Translations under genes and position numbers: made by a program
Origin: Octopus vulgaris
Lineage: Eukaryota
Assembly (NCBI GenBank): GCA_951406725.2
Contig: OX597818.1
Coordinates: 82,770,001 to 82,834,000 of the forward strand
Direction: 5' to 3'
DNA: 64,000 nucleotides
Notes under the pieces: generated by a model
Told to the model about the DNA's origin: nothing
Databases searched by the model: none
What the model saw: only the letters and a program-made list of their open reading frames with translations
Shown: positions 29,979 through 43,500 of the stretch, piece after piece
How the letters are laid out: each line of letters opens with the position of its first letter
Position numbering within the stretch: the first letter of the stretch is position 1

Positions 29979-30306
29979 AGGCACATGGCTCAGTGGTTAA
30001 AGCGTTGGGCACATAATTAAGAGGTAGTGAGTTCGATTCCTGGACCGTGCTGTGTGTTTTTTGCTTGATTAAGGCGTTTTATTTTGCGTTGCTCCAGTTC
30101 ACTCATCTGTAGAAATGAGTTCCGATGTCACTGGTGCCATGTTGTATTAGCCTTCGCTTTTCCCTTGGATAGCATCGGTGGCATGGAAAGGCGAGTCTGT
30201 TATGCATGGGCGACTGCTGACCATCCATAAACAATGTTGCTCAGAGGGGAAGTTTCTAGGAGCAATCCAATGGTTTTCCATGAACGAAGAGGGTCTTTAC
30301 CCTTTA
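29979..30306 (+). mobile_element. tRNA-headed SINE (family D head, distinct tail)
   Basis: A box tggctcagtgg, B box gagttcgattc, then ttgctccagttcactcatctg. Confidence 0.7.
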
Positions 30307-30814
30307 CACTAATATAATTCGGCACGCATAAATGAGATCTGATACCTCCCTGCCTCGTTTAGGTTTTCCTGATATGGTATATTACAACAAGATTATGAGA
30401 GGTAAAGGTGAAGAGTTTACATGTAAGTATACAATAAAAAAAAGACTATTCATAGTGTGAAGACTTCTCATGGCCAATTCTACTATCCTTTGATTCCTGC
30501 TGCTACTACTACCATTTGCTCTTCCATGGTTTTGTCAGTGTTTAGCTGGTCAACAACTTGCTGAAGAAAAGGTAATTTAGTTTTCGAATAGTGCCATCTT
30601 AATCAAATTCCTTTCTTTACGCAATCAGTTCATTGGGCCTTGAAGAGGATAGTGGACGAAAAAATTGTTCTCAACTTTTTCAGTCGACTGATTATCTATC
30701 GATAAATTAATAAAATTAATCTCCATTATGCTTATCCAAAAACAATTGTATAAGCCCCGCCACCACCAAAAATGTATAAAATCCATTATCAGTGTGTTAT
30801 ATATATATTTTTTT

Positions 30815-31310
30815 ATCTTTTATTTGTTTCAGCCATTAGACTGTGGCTATACTGGGGCACCACCTTGAGGAAATTTTAGGTGGATGAATCGACCCCAGTA
30901 CTTATGTTTTGTTAAGCCTGATACTTATTCTATCGATCACTTTGTGAAACGCTCGATTACGCGGACATAAACACACCAAAACAGGTTGTCAAGCGGTCGT
31001 GGAGGACAAGCACACACAGGGACACTCGCACACACAAGGACACTTGCACACACATGGACACTCGCACACACAGGGACACTCACACACAGGGACACTTGCA
31101 CACACATGGACACTCGCGCACACGCACACGAACACACGTACACACACACGAACACACATACACACACATATATGACGATCTTCTTACAGTTTCCGTCCAC
31201 CAAATCAACTTTGGTCGGCCCGAGGCAATAATACAAAACACTCGCCCAAGGTGCCACGCTGTGGGACTGAATCCGGAACCATGTTGTTAGGAAGCAAGCT
31301 TCTTACCACA
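30815..31310 (-). mobile_element. SINE family A copy with internal 18-nt minisatellite
   Basis: Family match at both ends. The unit cacacacagggacactcg is repeated about six times at 31011-31120. Confidence 0.8.
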
Positions 31311-31316
31311 CACACA

Positions 31317-31356
<40 letters not shown>

Positions 31357-33403
31357 GTGTATGTATGTGTTTGTGTGTTCACATAAATATACACACACAT
31401 ATTATCGAAATAGAAGATGTATATGATTTCCGAAAATGAACAAAGGACAGAGAAGCATCGAAATCCATTCAATATGTATATATTTGTATATCTGTGTTTT
31501 TGTGTGTATATGTGTATGTGTGTGCGTGTGTGTGCGTGTGTGTATGTGTGTGTGTGTGTGTGTTTGCGTGTGTGTGTCTCTATACGTGTATGTATGTAAG
31601 TGTGTATGTAAGAAGTGACTGATGAACTGATTAGTCACCGAAGCATCTAAATTCCCAGCGAGGTAACATGTGGTAGGTGTTTAAAATTTTCTTTATGCGG
31701 TTTATTAGAATTCCATTCTTCCCGATATATCATAAAGAAAACAGTTAAGAAATCTTAAGATCAGTCTAGACAGCTTTTAAGAAATATATGATACCTGTCA
31801 GGCAATATCAGTTCCACAACTGGAACGAAAATCAATAAATTGAATACATGAGTTTAAAATGTGAACTAGATTATACTTTTCTAAATGTCAAAAACACTTT
31901 GAATCTCATGATATTTTATAGAACGTCCAAACTTGTCACCAGGCCAGTCTTTTTATTGCATTCCCATTTAAACTCTTTCTTTTTCTTTTACTTGGTACTG
32001 TATCGTTATGTGTCTGATAAAGGTAAATTTTTTTCATATTTCAAATATGATAAACAGAAACTGTAGCGGGAGAATAGAACTACAAAATACTATAAAACAA
32101 TACAATAAAAAATGTATTTCATGTTAAATTTGTTATTATGCAATAGAATCTGCTCAGTAATAAAAAAACAACAATTTTCAGTAGGACATAATGTCTGTAT
32201 GCTGTTTAAACGGCAGAAGCTAATGTTTTTGTTCGAGTCGTACAGTGTTAAAAATCACAATATACATGAGAAATGGGCAAAACGAGACATGTGCATTAAA
32301 AATGCTGTATTGATAATGTTTTTTTTATTATAGAGCTGAATATATTCCATAATTCGAATTTATTATGCCTCTGCGGCACTACCGTAAGCCAGCAGACATT
32401 TTATATAGAATCAATATATACCTCAGACTACTGGATAAGATTTTGTTTCAGAAGTGACGCGAATGTACTGTATTGATAAGGTGGAACCTCGGTGAAATAC
32501 GTAGTAGTCGGTCTTGTAATCACTTCCGGATTCATTTTGTTTCGTTTAGCATTGATGTATATTTGGCTTTTTAACACTCGACATCACTAAAGGGATTGTT
32601 CTCTGTCGAAAATCTTAGCTTCTGGCGATTAAACAATTCATACATTATGTTGCATTGATAATATTTGTAATTCGTGTTAATTCAAAGAAAATTGGAAAGC
32701 ATTAAAATAAATGTAAAAAGGAAATGGTTCATCTGTTAAAACCATAAAACACTTAATTTATACGACCACAGGTTATCTCTTATATCATAAAATATGAACT
32801 AACTGAATAAACATTGCAGGATTTTCTTTATTAGAGTTACTTGATCAGCTAAATATGCCAACCAAAAAATCAGACAACAACGACAATGCTGTCTTGAAAA
32901 GGGGAACACACGCATTGGATAGTGTTAACAGTCCTAATAGACCTAGTACTATAGATGATATGAGTTTGGAATGTCTTTGTTAGTTTCAAGAGGTTAAATA
33001 CACCGATAACCAGATCAATGCTATCCTAAAACAGCTTTTAAGTGAACACCAGCAGATGGAAAATGAAAGTGGGGAAAACTGAAAACTACATGGCCCTGAG
33101 TATTCATAAACGGTATGAGGGAAGCAAATGTCAGAAGACCGGACGCGGAGAAAAGAGCAGCTAAGAGAAACTAGCGGATTGAATTTACTGCCCAATGTGC
33201 TTAAGAGCAAATGTGGAATTGACACTCAACTGAGTTAGGACTAAATATTGTTTCACGACAAAATAATATAAATAAGTAATGAACTTATTCAAGGCAGTGA
33301 TATTTGATGGTAATATTTTGGCAGTCAAAGAGTGAAAACTGGGTCGACAAAATCTTCCTAAGTGGATTTAGTAGAAGGGAACTGAAAAAATCCGTCGTAT
33401 TCA

Positions 33404-33702
33404 ATAGCCCAGTGGTCAGGGAAGCGGACTCGCGGTCAGAGGACCACTGCTTCGATTCTCAGACCGGGAGTTGTGCGTGTTTATTGAGCCAAAACACCTA
33501 AAGCTCCAAGAGGCTCCGGCAGGGGGTGGTGGCGGCCCCTGTTGTACTCTTTCGCCCCAACTTTCTCTCACTCTTTCTTCCTGTTTCTTGAGTAACGCTG
33601 CGATGCACTGGCGTCCCGTCCAGCTGGGCGGGGGGGGGGCACATTAGCCATAGACACCGGGAAACCGGGCCCATGAGCCTGGCTAGGCTTGATAAGGGCG
33701 CA
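33404..33702 (+). mobile_element. SINE family C (Meta-domain-like)
   Basis: tRNA-like head and ctgcgatgcactggcgtcccgtccag block. Homologous to 51478-51772. Confidence 0.8.
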
Positions 33703-33703
33703 A

Positions 33704-33930
33704 AGGCGGTGAGCTGGCAGAAACGTTAGCGCGCCGGGCGAAATGCTTAGCGGTATTTCGCCTGTCGTTACGTTCTGAGTTCAAATTCCGCCGAGGTCGA
33801 CTTTGCCTTTCATCCTCTCGGGTTCGTTAAATAAAGTACCAGTTTCGCACATGGTCGATGTAATCGACTTCATCCCTTTATCTGTCCTTGTTTGTCTCCT
33901 CTATGTTTAGCCCCTTGTGGGTAGTAAAGA
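33704..33930 (+). mobile_element. SINE family B, well conserved
   Basis: ggcggtgagctggcagaaacgttagc...gagttcaaattccgccgaggtcgactttgcc. Confidence 0.9.
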
Positions 33931-34869
33931 AATATATATATATATATATATATATCAATACGCGCACGTGCACATACATATTTATATGTGTATGTGTGTG
34001 AATGTGCGTGTGCGTGTATATATGTATATATCTATGAATTTGTATTTGCGGCCAACACCGACGTTAGACAAACGTGTTAGTTTGTTTACGCCATGTAACC
34101 AAACCGTTTGCCAAAAGGTAGTAATATAATGATTAACAGATTTTCAAAAAAATACGTCAGGCGATTCGTTCAACTAAAACCCTTCAACGAGCTGCTCTAG
34201 CATGGGCGCTGTTCATTGGCTAAAACAAGTAAAAGATTAAAGATAGAAGTGAAGAAATATAAGCGTGTACTATTCCAATTGATGCAAAGAAGACGAAACG
34301 AATATTTTTGTATCTCGTCAAATCTATATAAAGAAAACTATTCCGTGCTTCCCCGAGAAAGTTTGTAAATTTAATCTTTTATCGGTTGCTTTTTTCATTC
34401 ATTTAATTGCGGCACCATGAATGAATTCAGTTGAATAGATTGCCTTCAGGAGTTTTTTTTTAAGCCTAGTACTTATTCTATAGGTCTCTTTTGCCTATAT
34501 ATATATGTGTGTATGTGTGTATATGTTTGTGTGTATGTGTTTGTCCCCCCAACATCGTTTGACAATCTGTTTACGCCCCCGTAACCTGGAGGTTCGGCAA
34601 AAGAGACGATAGAATAAGTACTGGGCTTACAAAGAATCTATCCTGGGGTCGATTTGCACGACTAAAGGCCGGTGCTCCAACATGGCTTTACAAGTATCAT
34701 TTCCCCTACAATACTTTTAAAGAGGTCATAGGCCAACAGGTCTTAAGGTCTGAAGATAAGCCATAGAGTTATCCGCGAGAAGAAACACAGGGTAACCCTA
34801 TAAACCGGCCTCTACCATTAATAAATATAGATAAATGTAGATAAATAATTATAAGTAAAAGAAAAAAAA

Positions 34870-34927
<58 letters not shown>

Positions 34928-35141
34928 GAATGTATACATATGTATAGAAGGAGGAAAGAGAGATACACACTTGTGCGTAACCTATTCCCCGTGAATTAAA
35001 GCAGGTATACGCGATGTAGTTTCTGCATACTACAACATTGCATATATGTATGAATATATATGTATATATAAATATATATGTATATATATATATGTGTGTG
35101 TGAGTGAATGAGCGTGTGCATATCTGTGTTTGTGTGTGTGG

Positions 35142-35197
<56 letters not shown>

Positions 35198-35217
35198 ACA
35201 TACATACATACATACAT

Positions 35218-35249
<32 letters not shown>

Positions 35250-35541
35250 GTATATGCTTATAACAATCTCTTTATGTTGTGTGTCTATCTCATTGTATAC
35301 ATTGAAAGCATTCACTCAGATACCTAATACAGTCAAGGTGACTGTAGATAAAAAGAAGACTTCGAACTGTTAAAACCATTATATCGTCCATTTACATGGT
35401 AATGGTCTTTTTTCATTCCGCTATTTAAGTGTAGAACATGTGTCTATTTGCTGTATTAGGTGAAAGTTGGGATGAAAGGGAGTGAGGAGAAGCTTCACTC
35501 CATGGGAAAAAAATGGTGTGCGTATATATATATATATATAT

Positions 35542-35590
<49 letters not shown>

Positions 35591-35817
35591 ATATATATAT
35601 ATATTTGTGTGTGTGTGTGTGTGTGTGTGTGTTATATATATATATATATATATATATATGCGTGTGTGTGTGTGCATGTGTTTATGTGTGTATCAATGTA
35701 TATATATGAGGAAGATTAAAGAAGAGAAAACATAAAAGAATAATAAAATATATGAAAATTTTCGGCTTATGTATATATGAGTGTTTATAGATATGCTCTA
35801 TATACATATGATATATA

Positions 35818-35873
<56 letters not shown>

Positions 35874-36024
35874 TGTGTGTACACAAGAATTTCAGTAATT
35901 ATATATTAAGTATGCATGAATCTCACAGACATTCTGTATACTCTCTGCCATGTATGTAAATGCAATTTACCATATATTATACATACATTACTAAATAAAG
36001 CATGCATCACCCACACACCATACA

Positions 36025-36066
<42 letters not shown>

Positions 36067-36249
36067 CTGTAAATTTGTGCGTGTGTGTGTGTGTGTGTAT
36101 AAATGCAGTTGTGACTTCTGTGTGCAGCCGAACGCTTATACACATAAATGCATGCATACATATGTGTGTGTGTATAATATATATACATATATTTAGATGC
36201 ATATTGATAGTTATATGAATCTATGAATATATGTATATATATATATATA

Positions 36250-36296
<47 letters not shown>

Positions 36297-37299
36297 CGTA
36301 TATATATACATATATATATATATGTATTGATATATTGATATATGCCTACATACATATGTAAACATGCATGTAATGAATATTTTTTAGTATTTTTTTCGCC
36401 TTTATCTCTTGTTTGGTATACCCATTTACAAAATTAAATATTTACTAAAATGACTATTTTTTATTCTTGTTGAATTTTTTTATATATATAAATTTCTAAG
36501 CCGATATTTTAAAGATGGCTATCAAGAGAAAAATTTCATTGGTGGCATTATTTTATATTGTAGTTATTTTTGTCGTTGTTGTTATATTTAGATGTTTGTG
36601 CTGGTAATGTTCGTATTTTTTAAAACTTTCTTGTCGTTATTAACATTGCTATAGCTCTTGTTTCTGCTCTCTCTTTTTCCTAGTAATATTGTTATTGTCG
36701 CTGGTTTGTTTATTATGGTGTTGGTGGTTTTAATTAAAAGGAAACAACCACAATCATAAACACACACACGAGCCTACCCGAATGCACAAAAACACCCACA
36801 AACGCACACAAAAACAAACATATATGCATGTATTGTTTTCTAAGGTTTTTCTTCTTCTTACTATGTCTCTATTCTTCAGTATCTCATGTTGTTCTTGCGA
36901 ATATTTGAATATTATTTCTTTTACTTCAATAAATTTTAAAAGCGTGTGTACATTTTTTTACTTTTTTTTAATGTGCTTCCATTTGTTTGTTTATATTTTT
37001 TGCTTGTTCTGTTCCTCGTTCATTGTTTTCATCTGATATTGACAGGGCAGGTTGTTTTACAGCATCTAACAAGACAATGATCAACTGAAGCAACAATGTT
37101 ATACACACGTATACGCCCACGTATACATATATATATACATACATATATACATACATAAATACAAACTTATATATATATATATATATATGTAAGTATGTGT
37201 GTGTGTACATGTAAATATCTTTATATACAAATCAGTATATATATACATATACATCTAAGTACACACACACACATATATATACACACATACATACATACA

Positions 37300-37346
<47 letters not shown>

Positions 37347-37423
37347 TTATACATGTATATATATGTGTGTGTGTATGTGTGATATATATATATATATACA
37401 TACACACATATATATATAAAATG

Positions 37424-37514
37424 GTGATTGTTTACTCCGTGCTTTCGCCGATACTGGCTTCTCAAAAACAGTTCTGAGAAACCAATATCGATGAATTTTC
37501 GAAGTAAACATCGC
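37424..37514. repeat. ~90-nt imperfect palindrome
   Basis: cgatactggcttctca / tgagaaaccaatatcg plus outer gtttac / gtaaac. Confidence 0.75.
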
Positions 37515-37664
37515 AATTAATAATAAATATATATTTCGAATCTACAGCAGCTATTGAGTCTTTTATTCAGCGCATGTTTATTATGCTTAAGTAAATACAC
37601 CTTTGTAAGTATCGCTTCGGCTGTTTGACTATCTCTATATCAGTCTATCAATTTCTCTCTCTCT

Positions 37665-37812
<148 letters not shown>

Positions 37813-37956
37813 ATCTATCTATGGCTGTGTATCTCTATCTATTCAATACTCCCCTGTGGTGTTGATTAGTAAGGATATTAGACAACATTAATATCTTTAA
37901 TCTTACCCATCTAGATGTTAATGCCACGGCTTATTTGCCTTCATCTAAAGTCAACG

Positions 37957-37995
<39 letters not shown>

Positions 37996-38565
37996 CGATC
38001 GTTTATTTTCTGTATTTTTAGAAATAAATATATCACTTTTCTGGTGTCATCCTAATGAAATCTACTAGTTAACTTTTTAATTATTTAACAATATTCACTT
38101 CCATTTCTTAGACTATCGTTTTGTTATTTTATATTAATTTTATTAATATTATCTTCCCTAAATATTAACATTGTATTTAGATATTGACTTTGCATACATG
38201 AAATGTTACCTCGAGATTTTAGTATTTAGCTAGGATTTTCTTTCACGTGAGGACATTTATGTAAGTAATTTATTACTTATTAAATATAATAAAATAAATT
38301 ATCTTTGCATGCTTTTAGTTACGAAACAGTTTGTCGTGATATTTGAATTTTTATAGGTAAATAAAAATTTCATTATAGTATTTTCCCGGTATTTATAACG
38401 AGCTATATATGCAAACAACGAGATAAAATAGAAAACAGGACAAGTAACACAAAGATCGACCCTTCATCAGTTGTCGGCTGCCTATTTACTCCTCATTTCG
38501 TGCATTTAACGGCAATATATCGACACACACACACACACACACACATGTATATATATATTACGTAA

Positions 38566-38848
38566 GGGATCGTGTGTAATGCCAGAAAAATGCGAAGGAA
38601 ATATAATGCAAATCACAAGAAAACAAATATATGAATTAATGTAGACTTTCCTTGCATTCAATTTTTCGGGGTGATGACTCCATTCCAAGAAATTATGATA
38701 CATCAGCCACAATTCTTTAATTTCTTGAAAATGGGGCCATATCCGCGAAATGCTGAATGCAATGTAAGTCTACATTAATTCATATATTTGTTTACTTGTG
38801 TCTTGTCTTGCATTTACTTCGCATTATTTTGGCCTTACCCACGATCTC
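38566..38848. repeat. Fold-back inverted repeat, ~130-nt arms
   Basis: aacaaatatatgaattaatgtagactt and aagtctacattaattcatatatttgtt are exact reverse complements, with imperfect extension in both directions. Confidence 0.85.
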
Positions 38849-39695
38849 GATACAGACGACATTGTACCGTGAGAGAGTGATGCAGGATGTATCGAAACGA
38901 TAGCTGCAATAAATATAAAGTTTCCAGTATACTCTATCTTCTGTATTCATTGTTTCTACTATATATATATATATATGTAACTCTAACTATCTATCTATCT
39001 ACCTACACACACACGCGCGCGCACACACATATATTCACACGATCCAGTGTCTTGAACCTTTGATGTCCTGATTCGTCAGTTTTTCAGTCCTTCACAACGT
39101 GTGAATTTCATCTTTTGTGATGCATTACAGTTTTTGTTGAATTGCTGTTTATCTGTTGGCTCTTAATATAGAGCATTCTATCCATAGTATGTGTACATCA
39201 GTAAATGAGTCCAAGGCGACTTTAGAGTGGTACTTTATGTGGCAAATATATGTTTTACTGCTGTGAATGTTACCAATGTGAATTATATCATTACTTTATT
39301 TCACTGTTTACAAGATATTATCTTGAATTTAATTGGAAGTATTTCACTAGTTTGATGCAAACGCTCCCGAGAAAGACTCTGGTTCTATGATACAAACTTC
39401 TTGTTTTGATGTAATCTAAATTAAAATCTTCCGCCAACGTTACATGTTAATTTATGCTCCAAACATTTGTTCAATAATGACAAAATTATTTTAATAAATT
39501 CGTCGCTATTTTCAAAATTAATTGAAATAGAAGTTGTGTATTTCAACAGAAATACAGCAAGAAAAGTGTTAAATATTGTACGATCCATCAAGAAGTGATT
39601 TGTGACTCGCATAAGACTGCATCTTCTACGTTACAAATGTCTTGCTTTAAATAATCTGCATTAGAATCTTCTATAAGAATCTTATATTAATATAT

Positions 39696-40106
39696 AGGCG
39701 TAGGAGCGGCTGTGTGGTAAGTAGCTTGCTTACCCACCACATGGTTCCAGGTTCAGGCTCACTGTGTGGCACCTTAGGCAAGTGTTTTCTACTATAGCCT
39801 CCGGCCGACCAAAGCCTTGTGAGTGGATTTGGTAGACGGAAACTGAAAGAAGCCCGTCGTATATATATATATATGTATGTATGTGTGTGTATATGTATGT
39901 ATGTCTGTGTTTGTTCCCCCAACATCACTTGACAACCGATACTGGTGTGTTTACGTCCCCGTAACTTAGCGGTCCGGCAAAAGAGACCGATAGAATAAGT
40001 ACTAGGCTTACAAAGAATAAGTCCTGGGGTCGATTTGCTCGACTAAAGGCGGTGCTCCAGCATGGCTACAGTCAAATGAGTGAAACAAGTAAAAGAGTAA
40101 AAGAGT
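39696..40106 (+). mobile_element. SINE family A, full length
   Basis: Closely matches 23607-24025 and 52531-52935. Confidence 0.92.
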
Positions 40107-40672
40107 ATATGTTCCAAACACCCGCTTGATAATAACATAGTTATTTTACTTAATTCCTTTTGAAAAATTATCGAATCAATGACCGTGTAATTCAATAAAA
40201 ATACAAGAAACTACAGTGTTCCAGTATGGCCACAGCCTTTAGGTTGTAGCACATAGAAGAATGAAAAGATAAATGTGTTTAAATATTGTTTATCTTCATG
40301 GACATCTCGGATATTAGCATAATATTTTATATTCTCCTGTTTATGCATTCAGTTAAGTGTTGATTTGAAAGGTAAACCTAGTCTTCGGTGCTTCCAACTA
40401 TGTTAGATAAGTATTACAAGAAACCTTCACTTACAGAGAAACTACTTACTTGGGACCAGTTCAAATATTTTTGAGAAATATTCGATCCTGTAAAGGGCGG
40501 TTCGCTGCAGTTTGTCGTAGAGAAAAAAAGTCAGGTTTAAAGCATAAAACAATAAAAAAGATTAAAAAATCAATGCATGAAATAGTTCTCGGCAAAAAAT
40601 ACTACGAGAAGCAATTCTAAGGTGACTAGAAAGCCTTGCTTCTTTTATAAGAGTTTCACTCCGTATCTAGTG

Positions 40673-40703
40673 TTGAAGAGAACTAACGAGTCCGAAATGC
40701 ATC
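40673..40703 (+). ncRNA. Degenerate minimal hammerhead-like motif
   Basis: TTGAAGA-GAACT-aacg-AGTCC-GAAA-tgca-TC with palindromic ATGCAT stem III. Stem I is weak. Confidence 0.4.
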
Positions 40704-40711
40704 TATCAGTC

Positions 40712-41153
40712 TGTAGTGACGCCTGGTTCCAGACGCCATTTTGTGGTTTTCATCCACGCATGCGCAGAGATTAGAAGGCTTGACGGAAGCCCCTTATGCA
40801 CATGCGCAGTCATTAGCAGCAGCTAGGCTTGACGCTATTCTCTCTCTTCGCCACTGCTGTCGACCGAGCCAGACGCACCTAGACCAGCTCTGAGTGACTG
40901 GAATTCTGAAGGCGATCCACGACTTTGGCGAATCTGTGAAGAATTTAATTGTGATTAAACCGACTCTGCTGCTCCCCCCCCCCCCCGGCATCCAGGCTCC
41001 CGATGTCCAGAGATAAAATGCTTATTTCGGCGAAATAAATTATTATTGTTATTTGTTCGGAGATCCCGCTATTTTCCTTTCCACGACTATATAAGGTATT
41101 GTGAGGCACCTATCCAGTGCCAACCTCACTTCCTATAAGTCCAATAAACTACA
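40712..41153 (+). mobile_element. Probable solo LTR (442 bp)
   Basis: TGTAGT...ACTACA terminal inverted 6-mer, GC/CpG-rich interior unlike its flanks, AATAAA motifs. No clear TSD. Confidence 0.55.
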
Positions 41154-42379
41154 CTCTGAGCTGCCTATAGTGTTTTAACACCTTTTGCTCTTAAGCGAAT
41201 AATCTTTTCTTCACGAAAAAACTGTCGTGAAAAGTCTTTATAAGTTCAAATGTCTTTCAAACACGTTTGTATTGTTTCTGTCACTGTTTTGTACACCTAC
41301 TTACGAACAATTATTCTTGTTTTCTGAAATGTATCAATATATCTCTTTATAGATAAGCTGTCAATGTTTTTACAGTTGTGCTGGTCACGTGTCAATCCAT
41401 TTTTACCACATATAGATACGCTCATGTACTTACATCTTAGCTGTCATAGCGTTTTTAATTCAATAATCTAAATCAGTTTAAATCATTAGCTTCTTTAGTT
41501 TACTTCAGAACAAGTTTATTCCTAGGCATCATCGCTACTGTATCAAGTACTAACTGTATTTCTATTTTTATATTGTATTTTAGTTCTACGCATCTCTTCT
41601 TTCAACCAGTCTATCTCCTGCAGCTTCATATTTATGTAGGATTATTTCAACTTTTCTGTTAATCCTACTGCTCTCAGAATTATTGGTGTTAGTATAATGC
41701 TAGTATTTTATTATGTCTGCGGTGTTTCAGGTAACGAGCTGGCAGGACTGTTGCCGTGTTGGACTAAACTGAAGTATTTCTTCTATTTTTTTTTTTGTTT
41801 TTGTCTTTATTTATGCTCTGAACTCCAATTCTGTCGAGTTTGCTCTTTATCCTTTCGGGATCGATAAAATACTTACAAGTTAAGCACTGAAGGAAATGTG
41901 ATAGACTTGCTCTTCCCTAAAAATCTGCTGGAACCATTAAAGGTGACGAACAGGTAGAATAGTTAGCACCATTCGTCAAATGCAAGGCAACATTTCTTCC
42001 AAATTTCACGTTCTGAGTTCAAATTCTACCGGGATGGATTTTGCCTTTCATTCTTTCGGGGTCGATAATATAAGTTCCATCTGGGCACTGAAGTCTATAT
42101 AACCGACCTAATTTCTTTCTTAAAATTGCAAGCCGCCTGCAGTGTGTCACATTGCAATTTTCAATATGAAATAAGAATGTCTTTTTCCAATATTCATACC
42201 TAATTATATAGCCATCTTTACTGTATTTTATATTTAATCACCGTATAAGACCTATTATCACTGGCATTCTATTTATTCCTGTTTCGGAGAATTTGTAATG
42301 ATGTTTCCTAACCATGGCTTCGCCACATATTATTCACACATGTTTGGAAGACATGTATTTTCGTTTATGTGGTCCTTAA

Positions 42380-42599
42380 CCCTCTAGCATTCAGATTACT
42401 CTGCCAAATGTAAAGACTCTTTAATCACATTGTTTTAAATTAATTGTACAGCATCTTGTAACTCTGAGATTTTGATGATGTCCCTGTTTATTTTTAGAAT
42501 GACTTTGTAGGATAGGTGTGAGAGGTCAGAGTTGGCTGGTTTGAGTATAAAACAGGGAGACAAATTTGGCCTGATATGGTCGGTTTAAACACTAAAGTG
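42380..42599. mobile_element. piggyBac-like MITE
   Basis: TTAA on both sides (42376-42379 and 42600-42603). Degenerate termini ccctctagcatt / aacactaaagtg. Confidence 0.55.
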
Positions 42600-42729
42600 T
42601 TAAATATAGCGATTCGTAGAGTTTGTTTTATACCGCTTTCATTTTTTATATAAATTATTGATTCCCACTGTGAGGTAATCTTGCTAACACAGACTTATTT
42701 TACTGTACTTCCATCTAGACTCCCTCACA

Positions 42730-43500
42730 TTCCTCCTTCTGTTGTTCTTGTTCTTGTTCTTCTTGTTCTTCTTGTTCTTCTTGTTCTTCTTGTTCTTCTC
42801 CTTCTTCTTCTTCTTCTTCGTCCTCCTCCTGCTCCTCTTCCTCTTTCTTCTTCTTCTTCTTTTTCTTCTTCTTCTTCTTCTTCTTCTTCTTCCATGTCCT
42901 CCTCCTGCTCCTCTTCCTCTTTCTTCTTCTTCCACGTCCTCCTCCTGCTCCTCTTCCTCTTTCTTCTTCTTCTTCTTCTTCTTCTTCTTCTTCTTCTTCT
43001 TCCACGTCCTCCACTTCTTTCTCATTTTCTACGTCCTCCTTCTCATCTTCTTTTTCTTCTTCCACGTTCTCCTCCTTCTCCTCTCCCTTTTCTTCTTCTT
43101 CTCCCTCTTCTTTTTCTTCCTCCTCCTCCCCCTCTTCTTCTTCTTCTTCTTCTTCTTCTCCCTCTTCTTTTTCTTCTTCCGCTTCCGCTTCCTCCTCCTC
43201 TCCTTCCTCTTCTTCTTCTTCTTCTTCCTCCTCCTTCTCCTCCTCTTCCACTTCTTCCTCCTCTCCTCTTTCTTCTTCTTTTTTCTTCTTCTTCTTCCTC
43301 CCCCTCCCCTTCTCTTCCTCTTCTTCTTCCTTCTCCTCTCCTCCTCCTCCGCGACGTCGTCGTCGGCGTCGACGCCATCATCATCATCGTTGTTCTCGTC
43401 GTCATTGTTGCTGTTATTGTCGTCGTGGTCGTTTCATTAACATCATTATCGTCATTGTCATTAGCATTATCATCGTCCTCATCATCATCAACATCATCAT
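42730..43500. repeat. Long polypyrimidine (CTT/CCT)n array grading into (CAT/CGT)n
   Basis: Directly visible. Confidence 0.95.

Noticed and set aside
31011-31120. 18-nt repeat array considered as CRISPR-like
   Set aside because: No unique spacers and no cas genes. It is a CA-derived minisatellite inside a SINE in eukaryotic DNA.
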